From Blastocystis sp. Blastoise (lineage: Eukaryota; Protista; Bigyra: Opalinata), in assembly GCA_039096225.1 (NCBI GenBank), contig JBBPEB010000013.1, forward strand, positions 1,674,001 through 1,738,000: 64,000 nucleotides of DNA. Direction: 5' to 3'. Below, piece after piece: positions 11,497 through 26,352 of this stretch (positions are counted from its first letter, which is position 1; each line of letters opens with the position of its first letter). The translations under genes were made by a program, and so were the position numbers. The notes below the pieces were generated by a model. The model had not been told where the DNA came from. It made no database searches and saw only the letters and a list, made by a program, of their open reading frames with translations.

Positions 11497-14400
11497 ATGT
11501 TTGAAGAAAAGATGGAAAAAACAAATTGTCAAGAAAAGCAAAGTATTCTTTCTATTCATACATACTAATCATAAATATATAATTTTTAAAGTATTATTTA
11601 TATTACAGGATGAATCAACAATCACAATTTCAAATTCTCTTCTACAAAAATATCCTAATTCCATGTTTTCTTCGGTATCTATGAATACTAATGATTTCAT
11701 AGAAGAAGGGAGATCTTATTACATTGATTTTTCATCTTTATCAATACATAAAATGATCCCATTTATGGAGAATGCAAAATTTCTTGATATTCTGCCTTTA
11801 AAAGATGTAATCTCAATTCATTCAGATATACATTATTTTTTTGGAGATGAATCCTATGAGGATAAGATAAAAATATATACATTTCTTGGGATTCTTTGAG
11901 TATTTTTATTGTAAATAATAATTGTGAACAGTATTTTATTTTATAAATATTTATAGAATAAATGAAAGTGATGAAATGAAAATAATACGATTTCAACTCA
12001 TTATTTATGGTATATTTATTTTATTATTATTATATATATGAATATATAGATATCATAACAGAGGAGAGAAATCAATTATTCTGTCAATATTCTCCATTAT
12101 TTGATTTCTTTAATATTACAATTGTTACTTTAAAATGTATATTTATATAATATATATTTATTATATATATATAGTTGATTTCTCTAAAGTTATCTCTTAT
12201 GAATATATATATTCTTCCAATTTACATGAAGTATTCCCAAAACTAGAAATGCTTTTTATAGAACGTATTTTATAATTATTTACATATATATATATTTGAA
12301 TTTATTTTATATAGCTTCCTATTATTCTCAAAGAAAAGAGATATATATACCTCCTTCTGATCCTCATTATACTCTATTATATAAAGAATATAAACGACAA
12401 TATTATGAAACTTATTTTCCAAAGAAATATTCTAATTATAGAAGATCAAGAACAGATAAAGAAAACGATTATATATATAACAATTTAATTCATATATATT
12501 CAAAAGAAAAGAAAAAAAAATTTGAATAAAAAAGAAAATGATATTTCTCACAAAAATGTAGATAAAGAAATAAATGAAGAAAACAATGAAATAAAACCAG
12601 ATCTATTTGTTATACTTTCATGCTATTCCCGTGATTATAATACATAACAAATGGAGTTCGAGAAGAATAATTTATTATTATATAATAATAAATATATTTC
12701 TTATATGAAATTTATATTTATCCAAGATGGAGGTATATATATATATATATATTATAGAATTTATATATATAGAACGAGATATACAACATCCAATTGTAGA
12801 GTATATAATCATATTTTATTGTTTTTGTACTCTATATAATTGAATAAATTATTTTATTATTAGAATATATTTATAATATATAAATATGAATAGGCTATCG
12901 TTATCTTCGTGTTCAACGATAGTCTTCTATTTATTCATTTTCCAATAATGAAGCATATTAAACAACTAGTTACTATTCGTATATATGTAATAACTATTAA
13001 ATATATATATATTAGAGAATCCTAGAGTGAAGATTCAATTCGATATTCCTCCATTATTAATAACAATTAGAGATGGATTAGTAGATACTATTATTATATT
13101 CCACATATTCAATTGTAATATATATAATATATAATATTTATTATTATTATATAGTTATTCGACCAGGATTATATCCTGAATATATTCAATTATTTAAAAA
13201 TATTATTACTACTCATGTATTTCCTAATGTAACCGCATTAAAAATAACATGTATATATATAATATATTTCAATATATTATATAAATAATATTTATAGATT
13301 ATTCCTATGATTTATATATACCTCTTTTACAAGTGATATTGCAATTAATAACAAGAAATCATTTTCCAAAGTTGCATATATATGATATCAGTGATATTAT
13401 TCAAAATGATACTTATATATATAAAGAGAATTATAAATTTGTTCTATTTTCTGAATCTATAATACAACTAATGGATACTATAATTTATGATAAAGATATA
13501 TTTTCTGATATCTTAGAGAATGTTGTGGTGTATCCAGAAATATCAGAAGCTATATTGAATACTAATAATACTAATTATTTTACTATTCAAGGTATACATA
13601 AATGGTATTATGAATTATTATTATACTATATATATATAGGTTCATTTTTTTTAAATGAATATGATGTTGTGTGGAATTAGTTAATGAATTCTAAAGTTAT
13701 ATTCTTTAATAATCTAATTATTGATTGTACATATATATATTATATCATTATTATTATTATTTCTATATTCTTTTAGTATATGAGATGAAATATACTAGAT
13801 TTGATATTTCTCAAATAAATCTAAAAAAGTGTATAGTTAAATCATTTGTTCTTAGTATATATATATTTGTATATATCTATTTAATATAATAGATGCGAAT
13901 TCATTTCAGTATAAGATATTAAATAAATTGAGGAATTGCATGAAAGATATAAATTATAATGAGCTTCAAACACTTTTTATTAACTGTATTTGTTTTTTTT
14001 TTATTTTCTATTTATTCTATTTATTATTCGAATTAATTATGTAATTTTTAGTAAATCCAGATGAAGATGAAGAGTATGAATATGATAGTGATTATGATTA
14101 TGATGAAGATGATAGTCACGATGAAAATGAAAATATTAATGTGAATCAATATATTTATGAATATTTCTCATTTTCATCTGTTGGAAACTATAAAAACGTG
14201 ACTACTTTGTCAATAGGTATGATTATGTATATCTTTATATCTATATATATAGATGATATAACGTTCTATTCTATTCATGGTTATATAAAAAACAAAATAA
14301 AAGTTGAAACCATACAAATGTTATATCATTTCTTCTCCTTGTTCTCTAATAATCTTACTAGAATAGAATTAACTTGTATATCAATTTAAATATTATATAT

Positions 14401-15377
14401 ATATACAAATAGATTGTTTCTTGGTATCCTATGTATTCAATGATTGCTTATCTCTACCTTTACTTGAAAATATCAATTATTTTAAAATATCAATTTGTAT
14501 GAATATAATATATATATTAGTCAATTATATATATAGTTAAGAAAAATGAATTGAATGATTTATTGAGGAATATCTACTCCTTATTTAAGAATAATAAATT
14601 GAAAAGACTTCAAATATTGGAAATTAGTTATATTTCTAGTATGTTTAATAGTTATATTGATAATATAAATATATATAGAAGATAACGATAGTTTTGATGA
14701 ATTATTTACATATATTATGCTATTTAAAGAAGACTATATTAAAACTCCTTCGTACTTCAAACAGATAATACTTAATATTCAACATATATTTTTGTATCAT
14801 TAATATATTTATATATCTTATATTCATTTTCTATTTAATTATTTAGTTGTAATTATTAGTTATATATATCCTTTTATTGTTAAAAATATATTCTTATTTT
14901 TATATATATTAATTATATTACTATTAGAATCTCAGAATGAATATACTATTCAAAATATATTGGAATCATTTCCTTCTTTTTCATTTTCTTTTCATAATTC
15001 AATTCAATGTATATCTATGAATAAAATAATGAAGAAATATAAAGATATATATATTATATATTGTAAATATATATATAATCAATTAGAGATGGAATATACT
15101 CAGTTAATTGTTCAATTAGATTTATGTATATATATAGTATTATTCCACATTATTCATTATATATAGTTATAGTAGATAATCCTTATATAAAGAATATTAT
15201 AAACTTAATTTCAAAGAATTCTTATCCTTATTTAAGAATACTTTACTTATATAACTCATGTATATATTTATATAGTATATGATGTTTAAATCTATAGATA
15301 TAGAGTTTGATTATAAATCTATTTTAGAAGATTATAAAAAGAAATATAATCCACAACTATCAATTATATATAAATGA
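11497..15377 (+). pseudogene. BTB-LRR subfamily A pseudogene
   Basis: Collinear with 366-4337 (SDPHY.LLYKEYKRQYY, TTHVFPN, ITRN.FPKL). It carries a frameshift near 11890, a frameshift in the A-run near 12515, an in-frame TAA at ~12645, an apparent 2-nt deletion near 12917 (GTT CAA --C GAT versus ATT CAA ATC GAT) and an in-frame TAG at 13678-13680. Terminal TGA at 15375-15377. Confidence 0.75.
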
Positions 15378-15696
15378 GAAAAATAAAGAATATCTAGATT
15401 TTTTTAATTGTTAATAAATAATGTTTTATATATTGTTATAAAATTTTGTTTATAACTTAATATTTGTTATTCTTATAAATGAAATAATCTATTAAAAGTG
15501 ATTATTTTTTTAACTATTTTAAAGCCAAACCCATTAATAAATATAAACATATAATTAAAATAAACACTTTTAGATATTTATATAAAAAAAATATACAATA
15601 AAAAAATATAATAGTTTATAAAAAATGTTAAAAAGTAATTACATATATAAATATATATTAAAGAAAATAGATATTTTTATATATAAATAATTGTTC

Positions 15697-17273
15697 TTAA
15701 GCTCTTCCCCAGACTTCATAATCTTCTACTGTAAAATCATTTCTAGAATTAGCATTAGCAGTATTCACAAATAATGAATGTTTTTGAGGAGTATTCACAG
15801 TAGTAAATGATTTTGAATTAGTCAATGCATTATTATTATTAGTATGGCAATTATCACCTATATATATATCACTGCCACCACCAAATACAGGGCCATAAGA
15901 AGAACGACAATATATACCTCTACCTATGCCATTATGTAGATATTGAGTAGGAGGAATATCATGTTCATTACTTAATGTAAAGAGAAATTCTTTAGAAGGA
16001 GATTTTTCACCTATAGAAAAGAATACGAAATAAACATATTTAAATGATAATATATACAGTTACTTGTTCTAGATTCCCAACTTTGATCTGTATATCCTCC
16101 AAATATATTAATATGATTATTATGACCTATATGTTTAATAAGAGTAACTGTTTCTCCTTTATTGTCACAATATTTATGGAATTCACTTGCTAAAAAATTA
16201 TGTTCACTTGCTCTATATATATAATGATATAATAAAATAATAATAACATACCTAAATAATAATTTCCATTTCTTTCCTTTACCAAGCCAATTCACTAATG
16301 GTTTTGTAAGTTCTTCATCAATAATAGTTGATTGTTTGAACCATCCCGGAATCATTGCTTCTTTCGCAGCTTCTCTTCCTTTTTCACCAAATAATTCAAT
16401 CATTTCTTTCTCTAATAATTCTTTATTAATATCACTTATCTTATCTTCTTCTATATCTATAGTTCCATTATTTATATATCCAGTAATATATTCAATATAT
16501 TCATATTGTTTATTCACATATAAACTATTTTCTATAGAATTATAATTAATAAATCCATTATCATAATTCTTAACATAATTATTCCATAATCCATTCTTTA
16601 TCAAATATTCTTTAATAGTATCATTCTTGTTTCCATTTATAATCAAAGAAACTTCATCTCCTTCTTCATATTTCTTTTTCTTTGTATCTCTTCTTGCTCT
16701 ACAATCTATTAATTCTAAAGGAATAGGTAAACCACAATATTCAAATAAATCTAATATTTTTAATTGTTCTTCATAACAAAAAGAATCAAAATCTACTTTC
16801 TTTCCATTCAAATAATTAACTAAATAATAAACAGCGGCATCATTTCCAGGATAATCAAGATATATAGATCCATCATTTGTCCTAAGTTCTTCACTACATT
16901 GTTCTTCAATAAAAGAACCTTTCAAAGAATCTAAAACAGATTTCGATATTTGAAATATAGGACCATTATTGGTAAATCTAATGGAATCCATATTATCATC
17001 ACATTTATCATCCATATTGACATTCATATCTTCATTATTCTTATCTTCATAAACACAATTCTTTTCAAATTCTTTTTTTCCGCTTTTATTATTAATATAG
17101 CCATCTCCAATATGTTTTATAAGTCTATTAATCGATATTCTAGAATGTATTCCAAGATTCATTACTGATCCAAATACATTAACTACATCTTTCATCAATT
17201 CTTCATACACATTGATATCCTCCTTCAATCTATTGAATTTATCAATATCAAATAACACCTTTTCTTTCACCAT
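15697..17273 (-). CDS. BTB (KCTD-like, with a possible second degenerate copy) + TLDc domain protein; 2 introns
   Basis: TLDc motifs WKLLFRASEH.F.ASEFHKYCDNKG.TVTLIK, IFGGYT, FLFTL, YGPVFGGGSDIYI and FTVEDYEVWG. BTB-like IRFTNNGPIFQIS...IYLD. Introns at 16213-16251 and ~16011-16063. ATG at 17273, TAA at 15697-15699. Confidence 0.85.
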
Positions 17274-17344
17274 TTTCAACAAATAAAGTAATATATCGAA
17301 TTAAAAATTTCAAAAAATTTCTCTTTGAAAATTTTGTTTTGAGA

Positions 17345-17363
17345 GTTGTAGTTTTTTACAAAA
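17345..17363 (+). promoter_or_regulatory. Candidate promoter element GTTGTAGTTTTTTACAAAA upstream of UBR copy 1
   Basis: An identical 19-mer lies at 59175-59193. Both copies start 69 nt before the ATG of a UBR paralogue, and the flanks are diverged. Confidence 0.55.
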
Positions 17364-17413
17364 GATTTAGATTTTCGTTTAATAACTTACATTTTCATAT
17401 TATTATATAACCT

Positions 17414-20400
17414 ATGAACTTGTTGCAACATTGTGAATATGAATCCATGGTATTAGATTTCCTTTCTGTTGCAAATGAAAAATGGTTTAACCTAGAAATA
17501 GTAATTTCGTTATTAAACTATATTTATCGAATCATAAACATAGTTTATGAACCAGGAAGCAAAGAAATATTATAATTTGAATACTTCTGGTATAAGATTT
17601 GAGAGAGAAATGAGTCAAACTAAAATGTGTGATTATTTTATAAATGAAGGAGATACTTACTACATTTGTAATACATGCAGCATGTCGCCAAACCTAGTAT
17701 TTTGCAAAAAATGTTGGAATGAAGCAAATCATGTTGTATATTTTTTTATTCTTTATGAATAACAAATTAGGGTCATGATTATCATGAAGTATTATGTGAG
17801 AATAAAGAATCGTATTGCCATTGTGGTCTATTCAATATAAAATATGATGGATATTGCGAGAATCATAAAATAATTCATGACCATTTCTTTTCTTCAGAAA
17901 TGATGGATGCTATGTATATATAAAAATTTTTATTATTATTATCATTATACTTTTATTTATTATTAATCTTTAATTAAATATGATTAGCTCATTACAATGG
18001 TATGAAACCTATTGTCATTTCTGTATATATGCATTATTTTATTATACAAAAATATCAAATGATAAATACCGCTTTTTAGTATGATAATAATTATATTTAT
18101 GTATATATATACAATATAGAAGGCAATATCAATAATTAATTCATTAATTTTATTATGTGAATCAGATCTATCTATATATACATATATATGTACCTTCTTC
18201 TCTTCTTCTATAGAGAAACATAATTCTCTATTTAATAAGAAAATAGTCGACATCGATCGTTCATTTTTAACTCTTATTACTATAAAAGATCAAGCACCTT
18301 TCACTTTGTTATTACTTATTAACTGTTTTATTTGTGAAGATAAAACATATCAAGTATAGTCTTCTAAATCAATAATAATCTAATTATTATATTATTATAT
18401 ATAGGACATTTGTAGATATTTTTTATGTTTACTTTTTAAAGATCCATCTTTTCTTAATCTGTTTTTTTACATTATTTCCTTTATTCTTATGGTATTCCAG
18501 TATAAACTATTTAAATTTTGATAGTATATATATATTTTATTATATTATTACTTTTATAAATTAAGTATATATGTTTCATTATTTATGTATTTATAGATCA
18601 AATGAATCTAACAGAATCATTTTATTTGAATCAAAGTTATGGTTTTTCAATATTATCAAGTTATTTCGATTTTTATGATTTTGATCAATTTAAGAATTCT
18701 TCTTTATTTTCTATTATTCATATTGCTGCTCTTCCTGATTTATATACATATATAAATGATACAACTAATTATACTCCTCAACAACAGTATTTTAGACTTA
18801 TTCAGTATATAATTAATAAAGTTGTGCATGTAGCAGTTAAGAATGCTTGTATATATATTATATTTAATTATACTGTATATTACATGCTATTACATAGTAA
18901 TTCAAAATAAACCAAGAATATTTATTATAAATATTTTGTTACAGTTGTATTACTGTAATCACAATGTATTGATGCCTTATATATATATTGATAAATACAC
19001 ATTAACTATAGAAAAATCAATTCTTGACACTTTTTTATGTATTCATGTATGTAAATATAGTAAATATAATAGATATTATTAATATATTAAAACAATACAT
19101 AATAAATATAATAAATATAGTCCATCCTATCAGGTGATACTGATAATAGAAATAAATTACTTTATACTACCCTCATAGAATGTGGAGAATATTATTCTTT
19201 ATGTGATACACTTAGAAATCTATTCTATTCTATATATAATGATATTAAGGCTTTTATCCATGTATACTATATTATATATATATATTATTATTATTGTATA
19301 TAGAAATCAACAAAAGAAGAGTCAATTACATTATTAACAAATGTTATTACAATATATAATAAGATATTACTTCGTGATATTCGAAAATGTTATAATCTAA
19401 ATCAAAATAATGAATATAATATTGTTCATATTTTTATTGTTATCTTATCCATGATTTTGTATGTTTTTTAATAATTATTTTTATTCTAATTTATAATCTA
19501 TATTATTATAATAAAAGTAATTATGTTAAAAAGATGATACATATATATATATATATAGATCTGAGATTTATAATTGTTTTGGTGTTTGTAAATTACCTCT
19601 AGAAATTCATTCTACATTATTCTTTATTTATCATATATCATTAAGTCAATTTCTATATATATTTCATTTGATCTCTCTTAATGATGATAATGATGATAAA
19701 AATAATTATTTAGATCTATTTGCTAGTTCAATTCAATATCATTTTTTAAGTATAGCTGAATATTATGGTATCTTACTTCAAGTATATTATTTATGTACAT
19801 ATTATTTAAATTTTGTTACTTTATTATTATATTATAATATAAAAATATCTATAGATTCTTCCTCTATTTATAAATGAATATGATTCTATGACTTTATTCT
19901 TATGGTATATATACAAGGGATATAATTATTTAGAAAAGAAAGAAATCTATAAGGATATTAACATGTTATATAATGATATACAAGACTCATATGAGTTATT
20001 TTCTGTAGTTGATATACATAATTATATAAATGAAATATGTCCATTTGTGACATTATATGATGTTATACGTTTATTATTATGTATTCAATATGATCCTTGT
20101 TATACTCTTGATAATTATGTATATAAATATATATCTATTTTTCTTTGCTATATTGAATATATATAGTTCATTTCAAAGAACAAATTATCATCATTATTTT
20201 TAAATAAACATTCTCCAAATAAAGATATATCATTAATTGTGAAAAGAAAATCAAATGCTTCTATTGACATACCAAGTGTACCAGATGTAAATTATATATA
20301 TTCTATTTATTATACTTATTATACTTATTAACATTATAGTATTTGCAATACATAATATATGATTATGTTTTTCAATCTGAATATGATGATCAAACAAAAA

Positions 20401-23400
20401 TGTATCATTATTTATTTATTTATTATAAACATTGCTTTCTAGAAGTCGTCTGTTGTATGCTATAAAAACAACTGAGAATCAAAATATATATAATATATAT
20501 CTATTTCAATTATTGTTCTTTAAACATGATTATTACCATGATGTATACATAATATATAATATATAATATATAATATATAGAATTACTTGAATAATAATCC
20601 TGATTTGATATATATTCCTTCTTCATGTTCAAAACTAAAGTATATATATATCAATAGTATTATTTACATATTTTATACTATATTTAGGACTTATATTGAT
20701 TCTCCATTCTATTTAACTTATATAACATATTATATACAAAACATAATATCTAATGAAAATGAAGAATCTATAAGAATAATGGAACTTCTATATCTTCTTT
20801 ACTTTTATATTAAAAGTATATATATACATCATTATATTTATTAAAATATATTATTATTATCATATTATATGTATATAGATTCCCCTATTGATCCAATAGA
20901 ATTATCTAAGAATATAATTATAAATGATGTATAGATATTTTTTATTATTAATTTTATATATATAGTTTTTAAAACATAATATAAGTGAAGGAATCACTAT
21001 TTATATTCAGCATTTATCAGCTGTCATTCAGCTATTAATTCAAACTCATAAAAGTTTCAATAAGTATAAAATCATTAATTCTCTTCTATATATGTAGACT
21101 AATAGAAGAATATGATACGACTAATGCACAAGTAATATATATATATTATATATATTATATATATAGAATGATTATATAAAATCTGATCTTATCAAACCCA
21201 GTTTCAATACAGGTATGTATATAAATGTAAATATTAAATATATATATAGATAATATTATATGTGCTGCATGTATGAAAAGAGGAGGTTTGTTCGTACTTC
21301 CAGTATATATAAGTAATCAATGTCAACAATGTATATATATATTATTATAATATTTAACAAGTATTTATGCATATATATATAGCCGATTCCTATTCATTTC
21401 AGTTTATATTAAATAAATTCATGAATAATTTATGTAAATATTTATTTTAATATATATCAAACATATATATATAGAAAATATATATATGTTCTTTCTCTAG
21501 TTAATGATAATCATTCTGAATATTCCAGTTCATATTCTATTTATAAGAATTTTTATCATTGTATTCATAAAAATCTTTTTCACAGATGGTTTGATTTTAA
21601 TGTTCATGTAATTATTATTAAAAATATTATTATTGAATAAAAAGATTATTTTATATATATATACATATATCTAGAGTTGTAATCATCCTATTCATTATAC
21701 ATGCTTTTCAAATATGAATTCTTCAGAACCATACTTTCTTGTATATAAATCTGCTTATATATATATATAAGAATTGAATAGGAGAAAGCAATTCCATGTT
21801 GTAAATGTGGTCAGTTATATACTTTCGTGATACCTATTCTTGATACTAGTAGTATATATGAAATATACTAATAGTACTATAATATTATTTATAGTGTTTT
21901 ATCATAATGTTACTAAAGAAGAAGAAGAAGCTATATATGACAAATACAAGTCTATATATAATGTATTATTATTATTTTATTAAATATAATGTTATATGGA
22001 TATAGAATATTATTAGTTCATCCTCATATTATGATTTAACATGTTCAGTAATTTTTATTATTATTATACTTAATATATACATGTATATAATTACATATTA
22101 TCTAGAATAACCCAAAAGATATAGACATAAGTTTTTATGTAGCTATTTTATCATTTTCTGGAATTTATCTTCCAAGAAATAGCAGGCTTTACGTATATAA
22201 TTTATAAATAGACAATATATATATATGTATAGAAATCAATGATATGTGACTTATTTCCAGAATCTATTCTTTCATCTGAATATTTCTCTCGATGTATATA
22301 TATATAACTATATATATAATATTATAAAATTAATAGTTTCATTATTAACAATGAATCAACAAAATCAACTATTATATACTCGAAACTTCATATTGGTTCT
22401 TCTTAGAATTCTTTTACATGTATGATAACATATTCATAATTATTCATTTACTCTTATTTGAATAATAATTCTAAATATTCTTCTTTTCCATTAATTTATA
22501 TATAGTCTGGTTATGTTACATCACATTGTCTTTCTAATAGCACATTTCCTCATTTTCATGCTTATTTTACACAAACCTTATTTACGATTAATGGCCTATG
22601 TCAGAATGATACTGAATTGATGGATTCATATTTCTGTCAACATCCTATTCAACAATTAAATAAAAGTATAGAATATACATTTGATATACATTTACGATTA
22701 ATTGAGGATCTATTAAAATTTTATTATTTATGGAATGATAAAACATTATATAATAGAGAGAAAGAGAAAGAGAATATTCAGAGAGATCGAGAAATATTAT
22801 ATGTTGATGAAAATGAAGTTGCATTTCAATATATTAATATACCTATAGATGATTATTATGAAGAAGAATATCAACAATATATACAAGATATGAAGAATAG
22901 TAAAGATATATATTCAGAATACATAAAGAAATTAATAGGAAATATTCCTTTTCCTATGTTTAATGAAGATAATAAACATTCTATTTTTAATAATGATCAA
23001 TATGGATATATATTTGAAAGATATAGATTTCGTTATATAAATATACTTCATTGTAGAAATACTATATTACAACCTTCAATTAACAATAAAATTCGTACTC
23101 CTTATGATGATTTTAATAATATATTTGTACCTCAATTAGAAATATATACTTCTGAAATTGATCAATATAAATTAGATCATGATATAAAAGATATAGATAT
23201 TCAATCAAAGTTAAAAGATGTTGAATATGTTTTTATAGAAACCTCTCAACATACTGCATTCTATTTAGATATTTTACAACAAATGATGGAAGATCTTTAT
23301 TTATATTATGAAGATATAATGTGTAACAATAAACAAAGTAATATACGATATATATATTTACTTATAGCAAATATATTCTATAATTTAGCTGATTATAACG

Positions 23401-26352
23401 AATCTCATTATCCAGTTGAAATTTCAGCCACATACCCTCGATTATCGTCATTATATACAAAACCAATTAGATATCATGAAATTATCAAGTATTGTTATGT
23501 GATGGAAGACCTATTATTATTTAAACCTTTATTAACTCAAATGACTCAAAATTATATGTCTATTTTTTCAGAAGAATCACTATTATCGATTATAAATAAT
23601 AATTCTACAAGTTTATCTAAACAAGATTCAAATAGTAGCAATAACAAACTATTACAATGTATTAATATATCAACTATAATTAAGAAAGATTATTCTACTT
23701 CTATTGATATTACTAGTGATGATTATTATTATTTCATTTATTTCTATTTAATTATTACAATTCATATAGAACTTTCAAAATTTACTGTTTTAAATGATCC
23801 TGAATATCAATATAATCCTGATTATCCAGTTATTTGGAATCAAAATAAAACAATGAATATACAAAAAACAAATAATACAACTAATAATATAGATGAAAAT
23901 AAAAATGAAGAAGGAAAAGAATCAAATGAAGTAATAAATGAAAATGAGATGATTTCTAACTCATCGAACTCATATAATAATTTCTTTAATCCTTTAAAAA
24001 TATTATTCCTTCAGTTGACACCAAAAGTATTTTCAGATGCATATATAAATTATTATAATACTCGAAAATATCCATTTGTTATACAAAATGATTATTCTTC
24101 ATTTCTAAATTTCCAACAGAATTATATATTAAATCAAACATCTATATATAAATCACATTATAACCTCCCATTACATTATTCAACTATAGAAATATCTTCA
24201 AAGAGTATTGTTGAATATTTACAATTGTTCTTTGAATTATATGATATTGATACTAGTATAGTAAATATTTATAATTTTATAAACCAATTATTCACCCAAA
24301 AATTATCATTTAAACAACTTTTATCTTCATATACTATTGATCCATGTATATTTATATATCAATTATATATATATATATTAGAATTACATATATATAAATA
24401 ATTTATTTTATATTATTCATAACATTCTATATAGTATTTGTTGATTATCAATATATATTAATTGGTTTACTTGCATCATATTCAGAAACTGGTCCGTCTT
24501 ATATACATCAACTTAATGTATGTTTAATGGGAATAATTACTTGTAACACTATGGTGGTTAATAACAGTACTTTTGTAAATGATATCAATTCATTTAAGTC
24601 TATTAATCAAAATATTGAAAATTATCTAAAAATTAAATTAGAATCTAATCATCCATATTTATCAGATCATGATATAAATCAATTAACACATAATTCGATT
24701 ATATTTAAACCTAGAAATATAGCCAAGGAATTTATTAGTTATTTATTTTGTCATTTTCCACTTGGAAATAATAATGGTAAGTGATTTATATTTTTTTCTT
24801 TCTTATATATATATATATAGAAATGACAATTTTATTATATAAACATTTCAAAGAATTATATCCAGTTATGTATAAGAATAATAAATTAATTATTTTACTT
24901 CAATTAATGGTACTTATTCTTCACAAAGATTGTTGTAAATATAACTATAAATATATATTTTATCTATATTATTTTATATATAGTAAAATATTTATTTTAT
25001 TACTATCAAAAAGCTCTTGAATCTGATATATGTATAGTTTTAATTATAATTTTTATTATTAATATATAATATATATAGTTGATTTTCAACGTGAATTAGA
25101 TGGAAATGGTAACATTGATGAAGATATTTTCACATTCTTTTCAATTGTTAAAGAATGGGAAAGACGTGAAATATATGTATATGAAGAGATTCCTTATGAA
25201 GAAGAAATAACGAATATGTTATTAGCAAAAGGAGTATTATAGATATTTTATATTAATACTAATAATTATATATATATAGATTACATATACTGTTCAACAA
25301 TTATCTGTTCCATTTATGAGATCGTTATGTATATATATATATATATAATACACATCATTCTGTAAAATATTCAAATCTATTTCTCTATATATATTTCTAT
25401 ATATAGATCTATTAAACCTTATTCTTTCTCCTTCTTTTATTCCTTCTTCTGATATTTCCATTCCTACTTCCTTCTCTTCTTTGTATACATCCATCTCTCT
25501 ATCTTCTTCTCCTTCTATTTTATCTCTATTAAAAAAGAAACCATGTGATTTTATTACTAAAGAAGTAATAGATGTACTCAATTTTGATGTATTAAAGTAT
25601 ATAGAATTGTTTAAAAATATATCAAATTTAAACATTCATTTTTTATAGATTATTTGAAATACCTTACTATTTTTTCATATTAGATTTTGATTTGAGTTTT
25701 AAACAATGTGAATTCCCACTTTTAAATAAATTAGTATGTTTTCTTTATAATACTATACTCTATTTCATATTTATTAATTAGTTTTATTTATCTGAAAAAG
25801 AAATGAAAGATCTTTCTAAGAATTGTGTTTGCAATCAATGTAATAAAAAAAATAATCAAATGATGTGTATGTGTGTTGCTTGTGGACAAACAGTATATTC
25901 TATATAATCATTATTTATAAGTTTTTATATTATTTTTATCATTTTACTAGGTTTGCTATTCATGTCAGCAAAATAGACAATGTATAAAACAATACTTAAA
26001 TGATGATACTAATTTTTGTCATTGTTGTGTTTTTATTCAACTATATAGTGGAACTATATATTATTTTGGAAGTGAAAAGTGGTATATAATACTTGGAAAT
26101 CTGTAAGTTGATATATATATATATTTTTAATTATAAACTAATTCTTTCTTTTTATATATAATACATTGTTTACTATAATTATAATTTTGTAGTTTTGATT
26201 TAACACATTCCTTGTTATTAGAAGATATAGATATAGAAAAGAAGAATGAAAAAGAAATGAAGGAATTAGCTATTCAAGAAATTACTTCACTTTTAAATAG
26301 AAATGATATTAGTCAACGAAAAAAATATTTAAATAAGATGTATGATCTTTAG
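17414..26352 (+). CDS. UBR-box N-recognin E3 ubiquitin ligase (divergent UBR1/2/3-like), copy 1; many introns
   Basis: Spliced zf-UBR: CDYFINEGDTYYICNTCSMSPNLVFCKKCWNEANHV|GHDY...YCHCG...CENH. Split RING-H2: CAAC...SCNHPIHYTC...CCKC (~21260-21810). Cys-rich C-terminal region CNQC...CMCVACGQTVC. TAG at 26350-26352. Confidence 0.8.

Noticed and set aside
12645-13680. In-frame TAA and TAG inside aligned coding sequence, suggesting stop-codon reassignment
   Set aside because: They occur only in a copy that also has frameshifts, and intact genes here end in TAA or TAG. A pseudogene explains them.
17984-18253. Pair of similar antisense ORFs (MSTIFLLNRELCF..., also 59770-60063)
   Set aside because: They are shadows of the near-identical sense exon in the two UBR genes and run into intron sequence.
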